A DNA stretch of 32,000 nt from Candidatus Iainarchaeum sp. (GTDB lineage: Archaea; Iainarchaeota; Iainarchaeia; Iainarchaeales; JAZDEL01). Numbering within the stretch: the first letter of the stretch is position 1; every line of letters begins with the position of its first letter. The stretch covers positions 120,001-152,000 of the forward strand of contig JAZDEL010000004.1 of the NCBI GenBank assembly GCA_043808785.1. The letters are read 5' to 3'. Shown one piece after another: positions 20,772-29,146 of this stretch. The translations under genes were made by a program, and so were the position numbers. Under the pieces are notes generated by a model, which was given only the letters and a program-made list of their open reading frames with translations, was not told where the DNA came from and did no database searches.

Positions 20772-21523
20772 TTGCAAAAAGGATAATCCCCTGCCTTGAC
20801 GTGAAAGACGGCAGGGTCGTGAAGGGCGTGAAATTCCGTGGATTGCGGGATTCGGGAAATCCCGTTGACTTGGCCAGTGAATACTATAAGCAGGGCGCGG
20901 ACGAACTTGTGCTGCTCGATATTAGTGCAACCATCGAGGGAAGGAACACAATGCCCAGAACTGTTGAGGAAGTGGCGGGGCGCACATTCATCCCCTTCAC
21001 TGTCGGCGGAGGGATAAGGAGTGTGGAAGATGCAACTGCGCTGCTCCGCGCAGGGGCGGATAAGGTTTCCGTAAATACTGCTGCTGTCGAGAACCCGGCA
21101 CTAATAAACAAACTCTCAAAACGGTTCGGTTCGCAGTGCGTGGTTGTTGCCATTGATTGCAAAAGGGAGGGGAAGGAGTGGAAAGTGTGGGCAAGGGGAG
21201 GAACGCAGCGCACTGAGAGAAACGCGATTGAATGGGCGCTTGAGGCGGAAAGGCGCGGTGCGGGGGAAATATTGCTTACCTCGATGGATTGCGACGGCAC
21301 AAAGGGGGGGTATGATATTGAACTCACGCGCGCGGTAAGCACGGCTTGCGGCATTCCAGTAATTGCTTCAGGCGGCGCAGGGAGCAGGGAAGATGTGCTT
21401 CGCGTTCTCACCGAGGGAAAGGCGGATGCCGCGCTGTGTGCGAGCGTGTTCCACTTCAATGAGTTCGGCATCCGCGAACTCAAGGAATTCCTTTCGGAAA
21501 ATGGGGTAAAGGTGAGAATATGA
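20768..21523 (+). CDS. hisF: Imidazole glycerol phosphate synthase, cyclase subunit
   Basis: [45 protein letters not shown] overlap with hisH. Confidence 0.9.
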   Translation: MIAKRIIPCLDVKDGRVVKGVKFRGLRDSGNPVDLASEYYKQGADELVLLDISATIEGRNTMPRTVEEVAGRTFIPFTVGGGIRSVEDATALLRAGADKVSVNTAAVENPALINKLSKRFGSQCVVVAIDCKREGKEWKVWARGGTQRTERNAIEWALEAERRGAGEILLTSMDCDGTKGGYDIELTRAVSTACGIPVIASGGAGSREDVLRVLTEGKADAALCASVFHFNEFGIRELKEFLSENGVKVRI

Positions 21524-22629
21524 TGATACCGAGCATCGACCTGCTCGAGGGGAAAGTTGTGCAGATGGTGCAAGGGAAAGGGAAGGCGGTTGAGATAGCG
21601 GAAGCGCCCGCGCAATTCGCGAAAAGGTTTGCGGACTTTGAGGAGGTGCAAGTGGTTGATTTGGATGCGGCAATGGGCAAAGGGAGCAATAGGGAAATTG
21701 TAAGGGGGATTTGCGGGACCGTGAATGCGCGCGTGGGGGGAGGAATACGCACACTCGCGGACGCGCTCTTCTACATAAAAGCGGGGGCGAAGAAAATCAT
21801 AATCGGCACGAATGCGAATACGGAATTCCTTGAAAACCTGAACAGGGTTATTGCGCGGGAGAACATTGCTGTTGCGCTTGACAGCGCAAAGGGCAGGGTG
21901 CTTGTCGAGGGCTGGCAAAAGGAAACAGGTGCGGATGTACTGGAGCGGATGGCTGCACTTGAGGAATACTGCTCCGAATTCCTCTGCACGAATGTCGCGA
22001 GGGAGGGGACAATGCGTGGCGTTGATTTTAAATTTGCGCGCATGCTGAAGGGAGCAACGAAAAACCGCCTGGTTTTCGCGGGGGGCATTAATTCCGCGGC
22101 GGAAGCCGCGGAACTGGAGAAAATCGGAGTTGACTGCGTTGTCGGGATGGCACTATACATCGGCAGGATAACGCTCGGCGAGGCGCTTATGGATTTCGAT
22201 AAGGGGAACGGCATGCTTCCCGCGATTGCGCAGGATGCGAAGAGCGGCGAGGTTCTGATGCTCGCATACATGAACCGCGCAGCGCTGGCAGAAACGCTGC
22301 GCAGCGGGTTCGCGACATACTGGAGCAGGTCGCGGTGCAAGCTTTGGAGGAAGGGAGAAACAAGCGGCTGTTTGCAGCGTGTGATTGAGGTGCGTGCTGA
22401 CTGCGATGCTGATGCGATATTGCTCAAGGTCGAACAGCAGGGCATAGGGGCATGCCACACTGGCGCTTACTCATGCTTTTACAGGAAACTGGAGGCGGAA
22501 GAATGGCGGGGGAGCAGGGAAAATGCTGCGGGGGCAGCGACACAGGAGGCGGAAGAATGGCAAAGGAACAAAGGAAACCTGGCAGGCGCTGCAAAACAGG
22601 AGGCGAAAAAATGGATAACAAAAAAATGA
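21520..22629 (+). CDS. hisA/hisI: Fusion of ProFAR isomerase (HisA) and PR-AMP cyclohydrolase (HisI), with a repetitive charged tail
   Basis: N-terminal half: [48 protein letters not shown] (HisA). Residues from about 226: [24 protein letters not shown]...[17 protein letters not shown]...[27 protein letters not shown] (HisI). The tail is [41 protein letters not shown]. Confidence 0.85.
   Translation: MMIPSIDLLEGKVVQMVQGKGKAVEIAEAPAQFAKRFADFEEVQVVDLDAAMGKGSNREIVRGICGTVNARVGGGIRTLADALFYIKAGAKKIIIGTNANTEFLENLNRVIARENIAVALDSAKGRVLVEGWQKETGADVLERMAALEEYCSEFLCTNVAREGTMRGVDFKFARMLKGATKNRLVFAGGINSAAEAAELEKIGVDCVVGMALYIGRITLGEALMDFDKGNGMLPAIAQDAKSGEVLMLAYMNRAALAETLRSGFATYWSRSRCKLWRKGETSGCLQRVIEVRADCDADAILLKVEQQGIGACHTGAYSCFYRKLEAEEWRGSRENAAGAATQEAEEWQRNKGNLAGAAKQEAKKWITKK
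22491..22615 (+). repeat. 54-nt tandem repeat (about 2.3 copies) spanning the hisA/I - hisG junction
   Basis: ggaggcggaagaatggc at 22491-22507 and 22545-22561, with a degenerate third copy aggaggcgaaaaaatgg at 22599-22615. Each copy carries GGAGG-7nt-ATG in the hisG frame. Confidence 0.75.
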
Positions 22630-23495
22630 AACTGAAATTAGGGATTCCGAAGGGCAGTTTGCAGGAGGCTACGCTCGAGCTTTTCAGGAAGGCGGGCTTT
22701 GAGATAACCGTGCCGGAGCGCTCGTATTACCCATCCATAAATGACTGCGAAATCGAGGTAATTATGGTAAGGGCACAGGAGATGGCGAGGTATGTGGAGC
22801 AGGGGGTGCTTGACGCGGGAATAACGGGCGCGGACTGGATAATGGAGAACAGTGCGCGCGTGAGGGAGGTTGCCGAACTGCTTTATGCGAAACAGGGCTT
22901 GGGGAAGGTGAGGTGGGTGCTTGCAGTGCCGGAGGATTCCGCGATAAAAAAGGCCGCTGACCTGGAAGGGAAGCTGATTGCAACCGAACTCGTGAGCGCA
23001 ACAAAAAAATGGCTGCGCGGAAAGGGCATCTCCGCGCGCGTAGAATTCTCGTGGGGCGCAACTGAAACGAAATGCCCCGCGCTTGCGGACGCGATTGTCG
23101 AGCTCACTGAAACGGGCTCCTCGCTGCGCGCGAACAAACTGCGCATTGTGGAAACCGTGATGGAATCCAGCACAAGGTTTATCGCAAACAGGGAGGCGTG
23201 GAAAGACAGGCGGAAAAGGGAGAAAATCGGGAACATCAACATGCTACTGCAGAGCGTCCTGCTTGCGCGCAGGAAAAGCATGCTTGAGATGAACGTTTCC
23301 GCGGGAAACCTGCGCAGGCTTGTGAAGGTCCTGCCCTGCATGAAAAGCCCGACTGTTTCGAAACTCATGGGCAACGACGGCTATGCCGTAAAGGTCGCGG
23401 TGGACAAGGGGGAGGTGCAGCGGGCGGTTGCACTCGCAAAAATGAATGGCGCAACCGATATACTCGAATTCGGGCTTGAGAAGGTGGTAAGGTGA
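22626..23495 (+). CDS. hisG: ATP phosphoribosyltransferase, long form
   Basis: [28 protein letters not shown]-terminus. A C-terminal regulatory domain is present. ATGA overlap with the hisA/I stop. In-frame upstream ATGs at 22503, 22557 and 22611 are possible alternative starts. Confidence 0.85.
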   Translation: MKLKLGIPKGSLQEATLELFRKAGFEITVPERSYYPSINDCEIEVIMVRAQEMARYVEQGVLDAGITGADWIMENSARVREVAELLYAKQGLGKVRWVLAVPEDSAIKKAADLEGKLIATELVSATKKWLRGKGISARVEFSWGATETKCPALADAIVELTETGSSLRANKLRIVETVMESSTRFIANREAWKDRRKREKIGNINMLLQSVLLARRKSMLEMNVSAGNLRRLVKVLPCMKSPTVSKLMGNDGYAVKVAVDKGEVQRAVALAKMNGATDILEFGLEKVVR

Positions 23496-23568
23496 ACACG
23501 CCGCTGCCGGCACTGCAAGAAAAACCATTAAATATTGGTTATTGGTTAGTTAGTATGAGGCGTTTTGA

Positions 23569-24927
23569 ATGGAATTAATGCTCCCGCGCGGAATGAGGGA
23601 TTTCCTCCCCGAGGACAAGATTCTGAGGGATAAGATAGCGGACACGCTGCGCTCCACTTTCGAGCTTTATGGCTACGCGCCGCTGGAGACGCCTGCAGTG
23701 GAAAGGCTCGATGTACTCGCCTCCAAATTCGCGGGCGGGGAGGAGATATTGAAGGAAAGTTTCAGGCTTAACGACCAGGGTGGAAGGGAACTTGGCTTGC
23801 GCTATGACCTGACCGTTCCTTTGGCGCGCGTTGTGGGGATGAACCCGCAATTGAAAATGCCGTTCAAGAGGTACGCGATAGGAAATGTATGGAGGGACGG
23901 GCCTGTCGCAGGCGCACGCTACCGCGAATTCATGCAGGCGGATGTTGATGTTGTCGGCGCTTCGGGAATGGCTGCTGATGCCGAGTGCCTTGCAGTTGCG
24001 AAAGCCGCGCTGGCTAAACTCGGCTTCGAATTCGAGATTTTTGTGAACAACAGGAAACTGCTGAACGCTATTGTTGAAAAGGCGGGCATTGAAAAAGCAA
24101 AGGCGGAAACCACGATACTGACAATCGACAAATCGGACAAGGTCGGGGTTAAGGGCGTGGAGAACGAGCTGCGCGGGAAGAAAATTCCCGAGGCGCGCAT
24201 AGAGGCGCTTATGCAGCTGCTTTCGGTGCGCGGGGAGAATGAGGAAGTGATTGACGGGCTCCGCGGGGAATTGGGCGAATGCGGGGCGATTTCGGAACTG
24301 CGCGAACTCCTGCGCTACTGCAAACTTTTCGGCGTGGAAGTGAGACTCAACGTTTCCCTTGCGCGCGGGCTTTCATATTACACGGGGAGCATATTTGAAA
24401 TTTTCCTCAAAAATTCGGAAGTGAAAAGCGCGGTTGTCGCGGGGGGGAGGTATGACAGGATGATTGGCGCGCTTTTGGGAAAGGGTTGGACAGGCGCGGA
24501 CGCTTCGGGGGAAGGGAGTTCCGGTGCCGGGGGCTATCCTGCTGTCGGGTTAAGTTTCGGCGTGGAGCGCCTGTTCGACGCGATGCTTGAACGCGCGGCA
24601 AAAGAAAAGGGAGCAGCAAAAAACAAAAACGAAAAAACAAAAAAAACAAACACGCGCGTTTACGTGGTTCCGGTTCAGACAGAGGCGGAGTGCATAGGGT
24701 TCGTGCAGAAACTGCGCGCTTCTGGCGTTAACGCGGACATGGATATTATTGGCAGGGGTCCCTCGAAGAACCTCGATTACGCGGACAGGATGGGGATTCC
24801 TTTCGTGATTGTGCTGGGGAGAAAGGAACTGGGCAAGGGCGAGTTCGCGCTGAAGGACATGCTCAGCGGGAAGGAGAGGAAGTTCAAAATCTCGGAAATT
24901 AAAAAACTCGCGGAAGCACTGCGCTGA
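23569..24927 (+). CDS. hisS: Histidyl-tRNA synthetase
   Basis: LPRGMRDFLPED, GYAPLETP, LRYDLTVPLARV, YAIGNVWRDGPVAGARYREFMQADVDVVG, GGRYD. Carries a Lys/Gly-rich low-complexity insertion before the anticodon-binding domain. Confidence 0.9.
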   Translation: MELMLPRGMRDFLPEDKILRDKIADTLRSTFELYGYAPLETPAVERLDVLASKFAGGEEILKESFRLNDQGGRELGLRYDLTVPLARVVGMNPQLKMPFKRYAIGNVWRDGPVAGARYREFMQADVDVVGASGMAADAECLAVAKAALAKLGFEFEIFVNNRKLLNAIVEKAGIEKAKAETTILTIDKSDKVGVKGVENELRGKKIPEARIEALMQLLSVRGENEEVIDGLRGELGECGAISELRELLRYCKLFGVEVRLNVSLARGLSYYTGSIFEIFLKNSEVKSAVVAGGRYDRMIGALLGKGWTGADASGEGSSGAGGYPAVGLSFGVERLFDAMLERAAKEKGAAKNKNEKTKKTNTRVYVVPVQTEAECIGFVQKLRASGVNADMDIIGRGPSKNLDYADRMGIPFVIVLGRKELGKGEFALKDMLSGKERKFKISEIKKLAEALR

Positions 24928-24997
24928 CTGCCCCGTGCCACAATGCGCATAACTGCCCAATATAAAAACGTTTTTCGGGAGTTTATTATATGCAAAA

Positions 24998-25088
24998 GCC
25001 CCGATAGCTTCAGCTGGGAGAGCGCCACCTTGGTATCGCTTCTATGCCAAAAAGGTGGAGGTCCCGGGTTCGAACCCCGGTCGGGGCT
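24998..25088 (+). tRNA. tRNA-Thr(GGU) with a 17-nt intron after position 37
   Basis: Acceptor GCCCCGA/TCGGGGC. Anticodon stem CCACC/GGTGG. Loop is TT-GGT-A [intron 25036-25052] A. The anticodon region ttggta pairs with intron tgccaa (BHB-compatible). T-arm CCGGG-TTCGAAC-CCCGG. Confidence 0.75.
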
Positions 25089-25211
25089 TTTCTGTTCTGC
25101 TTTCCCACGCGCCCAAAAACCGAAACGCAATTAAACAGGTTCGGGCATTAAATTAATCGCCTTTTGCGGTCCCCCAAAGAACCGCGGAACGCATATGCAA
25201 GGGTGAGTTGC

Positions 25212-26156
25212 ATGATGCGGATAAGCAAGAAAACACTGAAGGGCGAGTTCTCGACAGACCTGCCCGAAATGCCCGAGAACTGCTGGGTTGATTTGGTCAG
25301 GCCGAGCGCCGAGGAACTTGAGTTCGTTGCAAAGGAAACAGGCGCGCCTGCGGAGATGCTCAAGGCGGCGCTTGATGAAAACGAAAGGCCGCGCGTGGAG
25401 TCCGAGGACGGCTGCGTGCTTGTTATTTTCTCGATACCGTTCAAGGAGAGCGGCGCGGACAACGGCAAGCTGATGGTTTCAACAATGCCGCTCGGCATAA
25501 TAATGGCGGGGGACAAGACAATAACGGTATGCCTGCGCGAGAACGAGGTTCTGAACGATTTTTACAGCGGAAGGGTAAGGGGCTTCTCGACAGGGAAGCA
25601 CACGCGCTTCCTGATACAGATTTTTGCAAGGGCGACCGTGCACTTCACGCGCTACCTGAACACCATAGAGAAGACAATAGATGATATTGAAAAGGCGCTG
25701 CAGCACTCGTTCAGGAACGAGGAAATTGTAAGGCTGCTTGAACTCCAGAAATCGCTTGTATATTTCAACAACGGCGTTGTTTCCAACAACAACGTGCTTG
25801 ACAAAATTGTGAAGGGCAGGTTTTTGAGGCTGTTCGAGGAGGACAGGGAGATGCTTGATGACGTCATAATCGACAACAAGCAGGCGATTGAGATGGTTAC
25901 GATATCCGCAACAGTGCTGAACAGCACCATGGATGCGTACACATCCATCATCTCAAACAACCTCAACACCGTGATGAAGTTCCTCACATCGATAACGATT
26001 GTGCTGATGATTCCGACCATGGTTGCGAGCTTCTACGGCATGAACGTGGACCTGCCGCTGCAGGAGAACCCGCAGGCGTTCGTGATTGTTATTGCGGTTT
26101 CTTTCATGCTGTCGGGCATGCTGGCATATATCTTCTGGCGCAGGAACTGGTTCTAA
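25212..26156 (+). CDS. corA: CorA-family magnesium/cobalt transporter
   Basis: GGGTGA RBS-like at 25201-25206. C-terminal two TM helices with the FYGMNV signature (YGMN). Confidence 0.85.
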   Translation: MMRISKKTLKGEFSTDLPEMPENCWVDLVRPSAEELEFVAKETGAPAEMLKAALDENERPRVESEDGCVLVIFSIPFKESGADNGKLMVSTMPLGIIMAGDKTITVCLRENEVLNDFYSGRVRGFSTGKHTRFLIQIFARATVHFTRYLNTIEKTIDDIEKALQHSFRNEEIVRLLELQKSLVYFNNGVVSNNNVLDKIVKGRFLRLFEEDREMLDDVIIDNKQAIEMVTISATVLNSTMDAYTSIISNNLNTVMKFLTSITIVLMIPTMVASFYGMNVDLPLQENPQAFVIVIAVSFMLSGMLAYIFWRRNWF

Positions 26157-26231
26157 AAATACGGGAATATTTGAAAATCCGCATCTTCTTCTACATAACC
26201 CTTTCAGCCCGCGCAACCATTAAATCAGCCT

Positions 26232-26347
26232 TTTCTTGGAAAGAAACCCGATTTGGCTTCCCTATTTTGGCTGTTGCCAAAATGGGCGCAATTGGGCGGA
26301 GCCCAATTAGCGGAGCCAAATGGGCCCTTTCAGGCGTTAGCCTGAAA
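26232..26347. repeat. Cluster B of nested and tandem 8-bp-stem hairpins (TTGGC/GCCAA type)
   Basis: tttctt-gga-aagaaa (26232-26246). Outer stem atttggct (26251-26258) / agccaaat (26314-26321) encloses attttggc-tgtt-gccaaaat (26264-26283) and aattgggc-gga-gcccaatt (26290-26308). Then tttcaggc-gtta-gcctgaaa (26328-26347). Confidence 0.6.
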
Positions 26348-26417
26348 CGGGGGCTGGCGAAAAGAACACAAGGCACGGCGCAATCATTTAAATATCTGAA
26401 TGCAGCATTAATAACCG

Positions 26418-27086
26418 ATGCTCCACGAGAGGCATATCGAGAATCTGGTTGCAAAGTACGTTCGCGACGGCGATGTTATTGCCGTTGGCACGAGCAGGGC
26501 GGGGGAGGTTTTCCTGAAGAAGCTTGCTTTTGCGATAGAGGAACGCGGCATAGGCGTGAGTGTCATCCCCACGTCCCTGAAGCACGCAACAATCGCCTCA
26601 TCCCTCGGCATTAAAATTGCGTCCATAAACGACAGCGAAATCGACCTTGCCGTCGAGTTTGTGGATATGGTGGACGCGGACTACAATTACATAAAGCGCG
26701 ATTCTTCTTCCCTTGTAAGGGACAAAATGATTGCGCAGAGCGCCTCGACGCTTATTGCAGTTGCAAGGAAGGAGGATTTCGTGAAAAGGCTCAGGGGGAA
26801 AATGGCGTTTGAGGTTGCGGCCTTCGGCTGGGGAAGGACGCTGCTGCAATTGGACACGCTGGGAAAGGCGAAACTGCGCGAAACCGCGGGAAAGCCTTAC
26901 AAAACAGAATCAAACAATTACCTTATTGATGTTGAAATAGGGCTGGGCTACGAACTCGAGGACCTTGAGTTCAAGGCAAAGGAAATTCCGGGCGTGCTCG
27001 AAACAGGGCTTTTTTTGGGTTACGCCGACAAGATACTCCTGCACAACCACGGCCTCGAGGTTAAGAGCAGGATGGAGTTCGAATAG
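26418..27086 (+). CDS. rpiA: Ribose-5-phosphate isomerase A-like protein (divergent)
   Basis: Overall RpiA pattern: VRDGDVIAVGT..., IPTS, IDLAV.., IKR....LVRDKMIA, AFEVAAF, NNYLIDV, EIPGVLETGLF. The Gly-rich loops GxGTGST and KGGGG are replaced (AVGTSRAG, KRDSSS). Confidence 0.65.
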   Translation: MLHERHIENLVAKYVRDGDVIAVGTSRAGEVFLKKLAFAIEERGIGVSVIPTSLKHATIASSLGIKIASINDSEIDLAVEFVDMVDADYNYIKRDSSSLVRDKMIAQSASTLIAVARKEDFVKRLRGKMAFEVAAFGWGRTLLQLDTLGKAKLRETAGKPYKTESNNYLIDVEIGLGYELEDLEFKAKEIPGVLETGLFLGYADKILLHNHGLEVKSRMEFE

Positions 27087-27244
27087 CGTGCGGTAATTGG
27101 CGCGCCAAACCCGCGGGCACGGCATTTTCGCGGTGCGGGCACGTTTTTAAACCCTTTCTGGGGCAATTTTATTCTGCTACGGCGTGAAGGCTAGCCCTGC
27201 CGAACATGAGTGAGGCAGTGCCCGCACCCGCCGGGCGTGACGGC

Positions 27245-27319
27245 GCCGGGGTAGCTCAGCCTGGTTAGAGCGCATGACTCATAATCATGAGGTCGAGGGC
27301 TCATATCCCTCCCCCGGCA
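27245..27319 (+). tRNA. tRNA with CAU anticodon (elongator Met or Ile2) and an atypical T-loop
   Basis: GCCGGGG/CCCCGGC acceptor. GCTC-AGCCTGGTTA-GAGC D-arm. CATGA-CTCATAA-TCATG anticodon arm. T-arm is GAGGG-CTCATAT-CCCTC rather than TTCRAAT. Confidence 0.8.
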
Positions 27320-27545
27320 TTGGGCAATAAGCCCTTATGGTTAGGTTCCCTGTGAAGAACAGGCTGAGTGCCGAGCCGCGCCCGCAAGGGCGCTAGTCCG
27401 GCCCTGTGCCGTACGCGGTGCAGCCGGACGCAAACGGCTATGAGGAAGATTATGAGTTCCGAGGGGGTTGCGGGACTGAACAAATGCGCCGGAACAAAAA
27501 GGTAATTAAAGGGTTCATCACAGAAATTAGGTTTGCAAAGGCAAT
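27320..27545 (+). ncRNA. Possible structured RNA in the spacer between tRNA(CAU) and tRNA-Glu
   Basis: GNRA-capped hairpin gcgccc-gcaa-gggcgc (27378-27393), directly followed by a 14-bp bulged hairpin capped by a UACG tetraloop (27396-27429). No class assigned. Confidence 0.25.
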
Positions 27546-27618
27546 GCCCCTGTAGTGTAACGGCTAAGCACCCAGCCCTCTCAAGGCTGTGATTCGGGTT
27601 CGAATCCCGGCGGGGGCA
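27546..27618 (+). tRNA. tRNA-Glu(CUC)
   Basis: GCCCCTG/CGGGGGC acceptor. Anticodon arm CAGCC-CTCTCAA-GGCTG. T-arm TCGGG-TTCGAAT-CCCGG. Discriminator A. Confidence 0.85.
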
Positions 27619-27716
27619 CAACAACTTTTCTGAGCGCGGGCAAGCCCGCTTCCGAAAAGTTGGCAAAAGACAGGCAAAAAGAACAGCCCGCCTTTGCGGC
27701 GGGCAAAGGTGGTTGC

Positions 27717-28148
27717 ATGGAAAGCTGGGTAATTTATGCGCTACTTGCCTCGGTGAGCTGGGGCGTTTACATAGTAATAAGCAAACTTGCGCTCGACGGG
27801 AAGGGAAGCAGCCCGTTCCTTGTGGCGCTGCTGATGGGTTTCGGCATCATGGGGCTGTTCGGGATTTTGTTCCTTGCAACAAGGCCTGCACTTGAGATGG
27901 GCGCGCAGGGCGTGGGGCTTGCGGTTGCCGCGGGCGCTGTCTGGGCGCTGGGGCAGATTTTTGCGATAATGGCGCTTGTGAACAGGGCGCCTGTTGCAAA
28001 ACTCGCGCCGCTGTACAACACGAACACGCTCATCGCGGTTTTGCTCGGCATAATCCTGCTTAAGGAACTGCCCTCGGGGTTCGAGAAAGTTAAGGTGCTT
28101 ATCGGCGCGGCACTCATAGTAATCGGCGGGATTCTGGTAAGTTCGTAA
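27717..28148 (+). CDS. EamA-domain (DMT superfamily) small membrane transporter
   Basis: AGGTGG lies 4 nt before the ATG at 27717. 143 aa with 4-5 hydrophobic helices. SWGVYIVISKLAL and GAVWALGQIFAIMAL are typical EamA helices. Confidence 0.7.
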   Translation: MESWVIYALLASVSWGVYIVISKLALDGKGSSPFLVALLMGFGIMGLFGILFLATRPALEMGAQGVGLAVAAGAVWALGQIFAIMALVNRAPVAKLAPLYNTNTLIAVLLGIILLKELPSGFEKVKVLIGAALIVIGGILVSS

Positions 28149-28166
28149 TTTGGCGGGGCGCGGCAA

Positions 28167-29108
28167 ATGGCAAAAACCGAAAAAAGCCTCCTCGGGCAGT
28201 TCATTTCCTTCGTGCGCAGGCCCGATTACGGGATTGCGCAATCGAGAGGAAGCATACGGGAAAAGGCGCGGGATGTGTTCAGGCTCTGGGCACTCACAAT
28301 AGTTGTTTCCTTTATCGCCATGCTTTTAGTTTCCGCGATTTCAAATGCGACAGGCGCCCCCGTCGGCGAGAACAGGCTAATCGGCCTTGCCGAGGAGGTG
28401 CCGATATACATGTTCCTGTTCGTTGCGTTCATTTGGTCGCCCGTCGTGGAGGAACTCACGTTCAGGATGGGGATGCGGTTCTCGCGCGCGGCGCATTCAT
28501 ACTCCGCGGGGCTTATGCTGACAATGGCGGTTTTCCTTGCGTTCGAAATTGTCGGGGTTAGCGCGGGGCTGATTGCATATGCGGCAATGGCTGTGCTGTT
28601 CGGCACCCTGTTCTGGCTTGCCTCAAAAACAATGCTCGGCGAAAAACGGCTTGCGGCGTTTTACGCGAAAAGGTTCGGGCGGATATTTTATTTTTTCACG
28701 GCGATGTTTGCGGCTTACCATTTATTCAATTACGCAAACATCGGCGGCGTGCTGTTTCTTGCGCCGCTGCTTGTCCTGCCGCAGTTCATGGGCGGGCTTT
28801 TCCTCGGCTTTGTGAGGATGCGCTACGGCCTTAAATGGTCGGCGCTGGGGCACCTTATGCACAACATTGCGGTCATGTCACCCTCGGCAATAATACTTTA
28901 CCTGCCCGCCGCAACCAGGGAAGCGCTGGAGGCAGGGGGGGCGTATGCGATGGCAAATATCACCGCTGCGGATGCGATTATGCTCTCTGTTGCGATGCTT
29001 ATGTTCCTCACGGTGCAGGTTCTCGCATTGTGGGGCTTCCATTCGCTCTGGTCCGAGTTCGTGAGGGCGAGGAAAGGGGCCTCCAAAACCAAGCATAAAG
29101 GCGCCTGA
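28167..29108 (+). CDS. CPBP-family (CAAX/Abi) intramembrane metalloprotease
   Basis: SPVVEELTFRMG (EExxxR), FAAYHLFNY (FxxxH) and HLMHNIAV (HxxxN) in a multi-TM protein. Confidence 0.8.
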   Translation: MAKTEKSLLGQFISFVRRPDYGIAQSRGSIREKARDVFRLWALTIVVSFIAMLLVSAISNATGAPVGENRLIGLAEEVPIYMFLFVAFIWSPVVEELTFRMGMRFSRAAHSYSAGLMLTMAVFLAFEIVGVSAGLIAYAAMAVLFGTLFWLASKTMLGEKRLAAFYAKRFGRIFYFFTAMFAAYHLFNYANIGGVLFLAPLLVLPQFMGGLFLGFVRMRYGLKWSALGHLMHNIAVMSPSAIILYLPAATREALEAGGAYAMANITAADAIMLSVAMLMFLTVQVLALWGFHSLWSEFVRARKGASKTKHKGA

Positions 29109-29146
29109 AACTTTCTTTTTTAACCTTATTGCCCGGCAATATTTAA

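Noticed and set aside
19099-22460. Series of long - strand ORFs (280, 303, 344 and 229 aa)
   Set aside because: All are antisense to hisD/B/H/F/A-I, which carry unambiguous catalytic motifs on the + strand.
22452-22625. Full-length 347-aa hisG ORF starting at 22452
   Set aside because: The conserved HisG N-terminus begins at 22626 with ATGA coupling. The upstream part is the repeat region. It is retained only as a possible alternative-start scenario in the findings.
26171-26614. 147-aa + strand ORF
   Set aside because: It spans hairpin cluster B and then overlaps the rpiA-like gene out of frame. Arg-rich and low quality.
27391-27450. RNase P RNA P4-like pairing (uag-U-ccg with cggcua, including a bulged U)
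   Set aside because: The two strands are only about 35 nt apart, so there is no room for the catalytic or specificity domains. The same nucleotides form a much more stable UACG-capped hairpin.
27443-27480. C/D-box sRNA (atgagga ... ctga)
   Set aside because: There is only a degenerate C box and one CUGA. No C'/D' boxes or terminal stem at the required spacing.
27301-27666. 121-aa - strand ORF
   Set aside because: It overlaps the tRNA(CAU) 3' end and all of tRNA-Glu on the opposite strand. No motifs.
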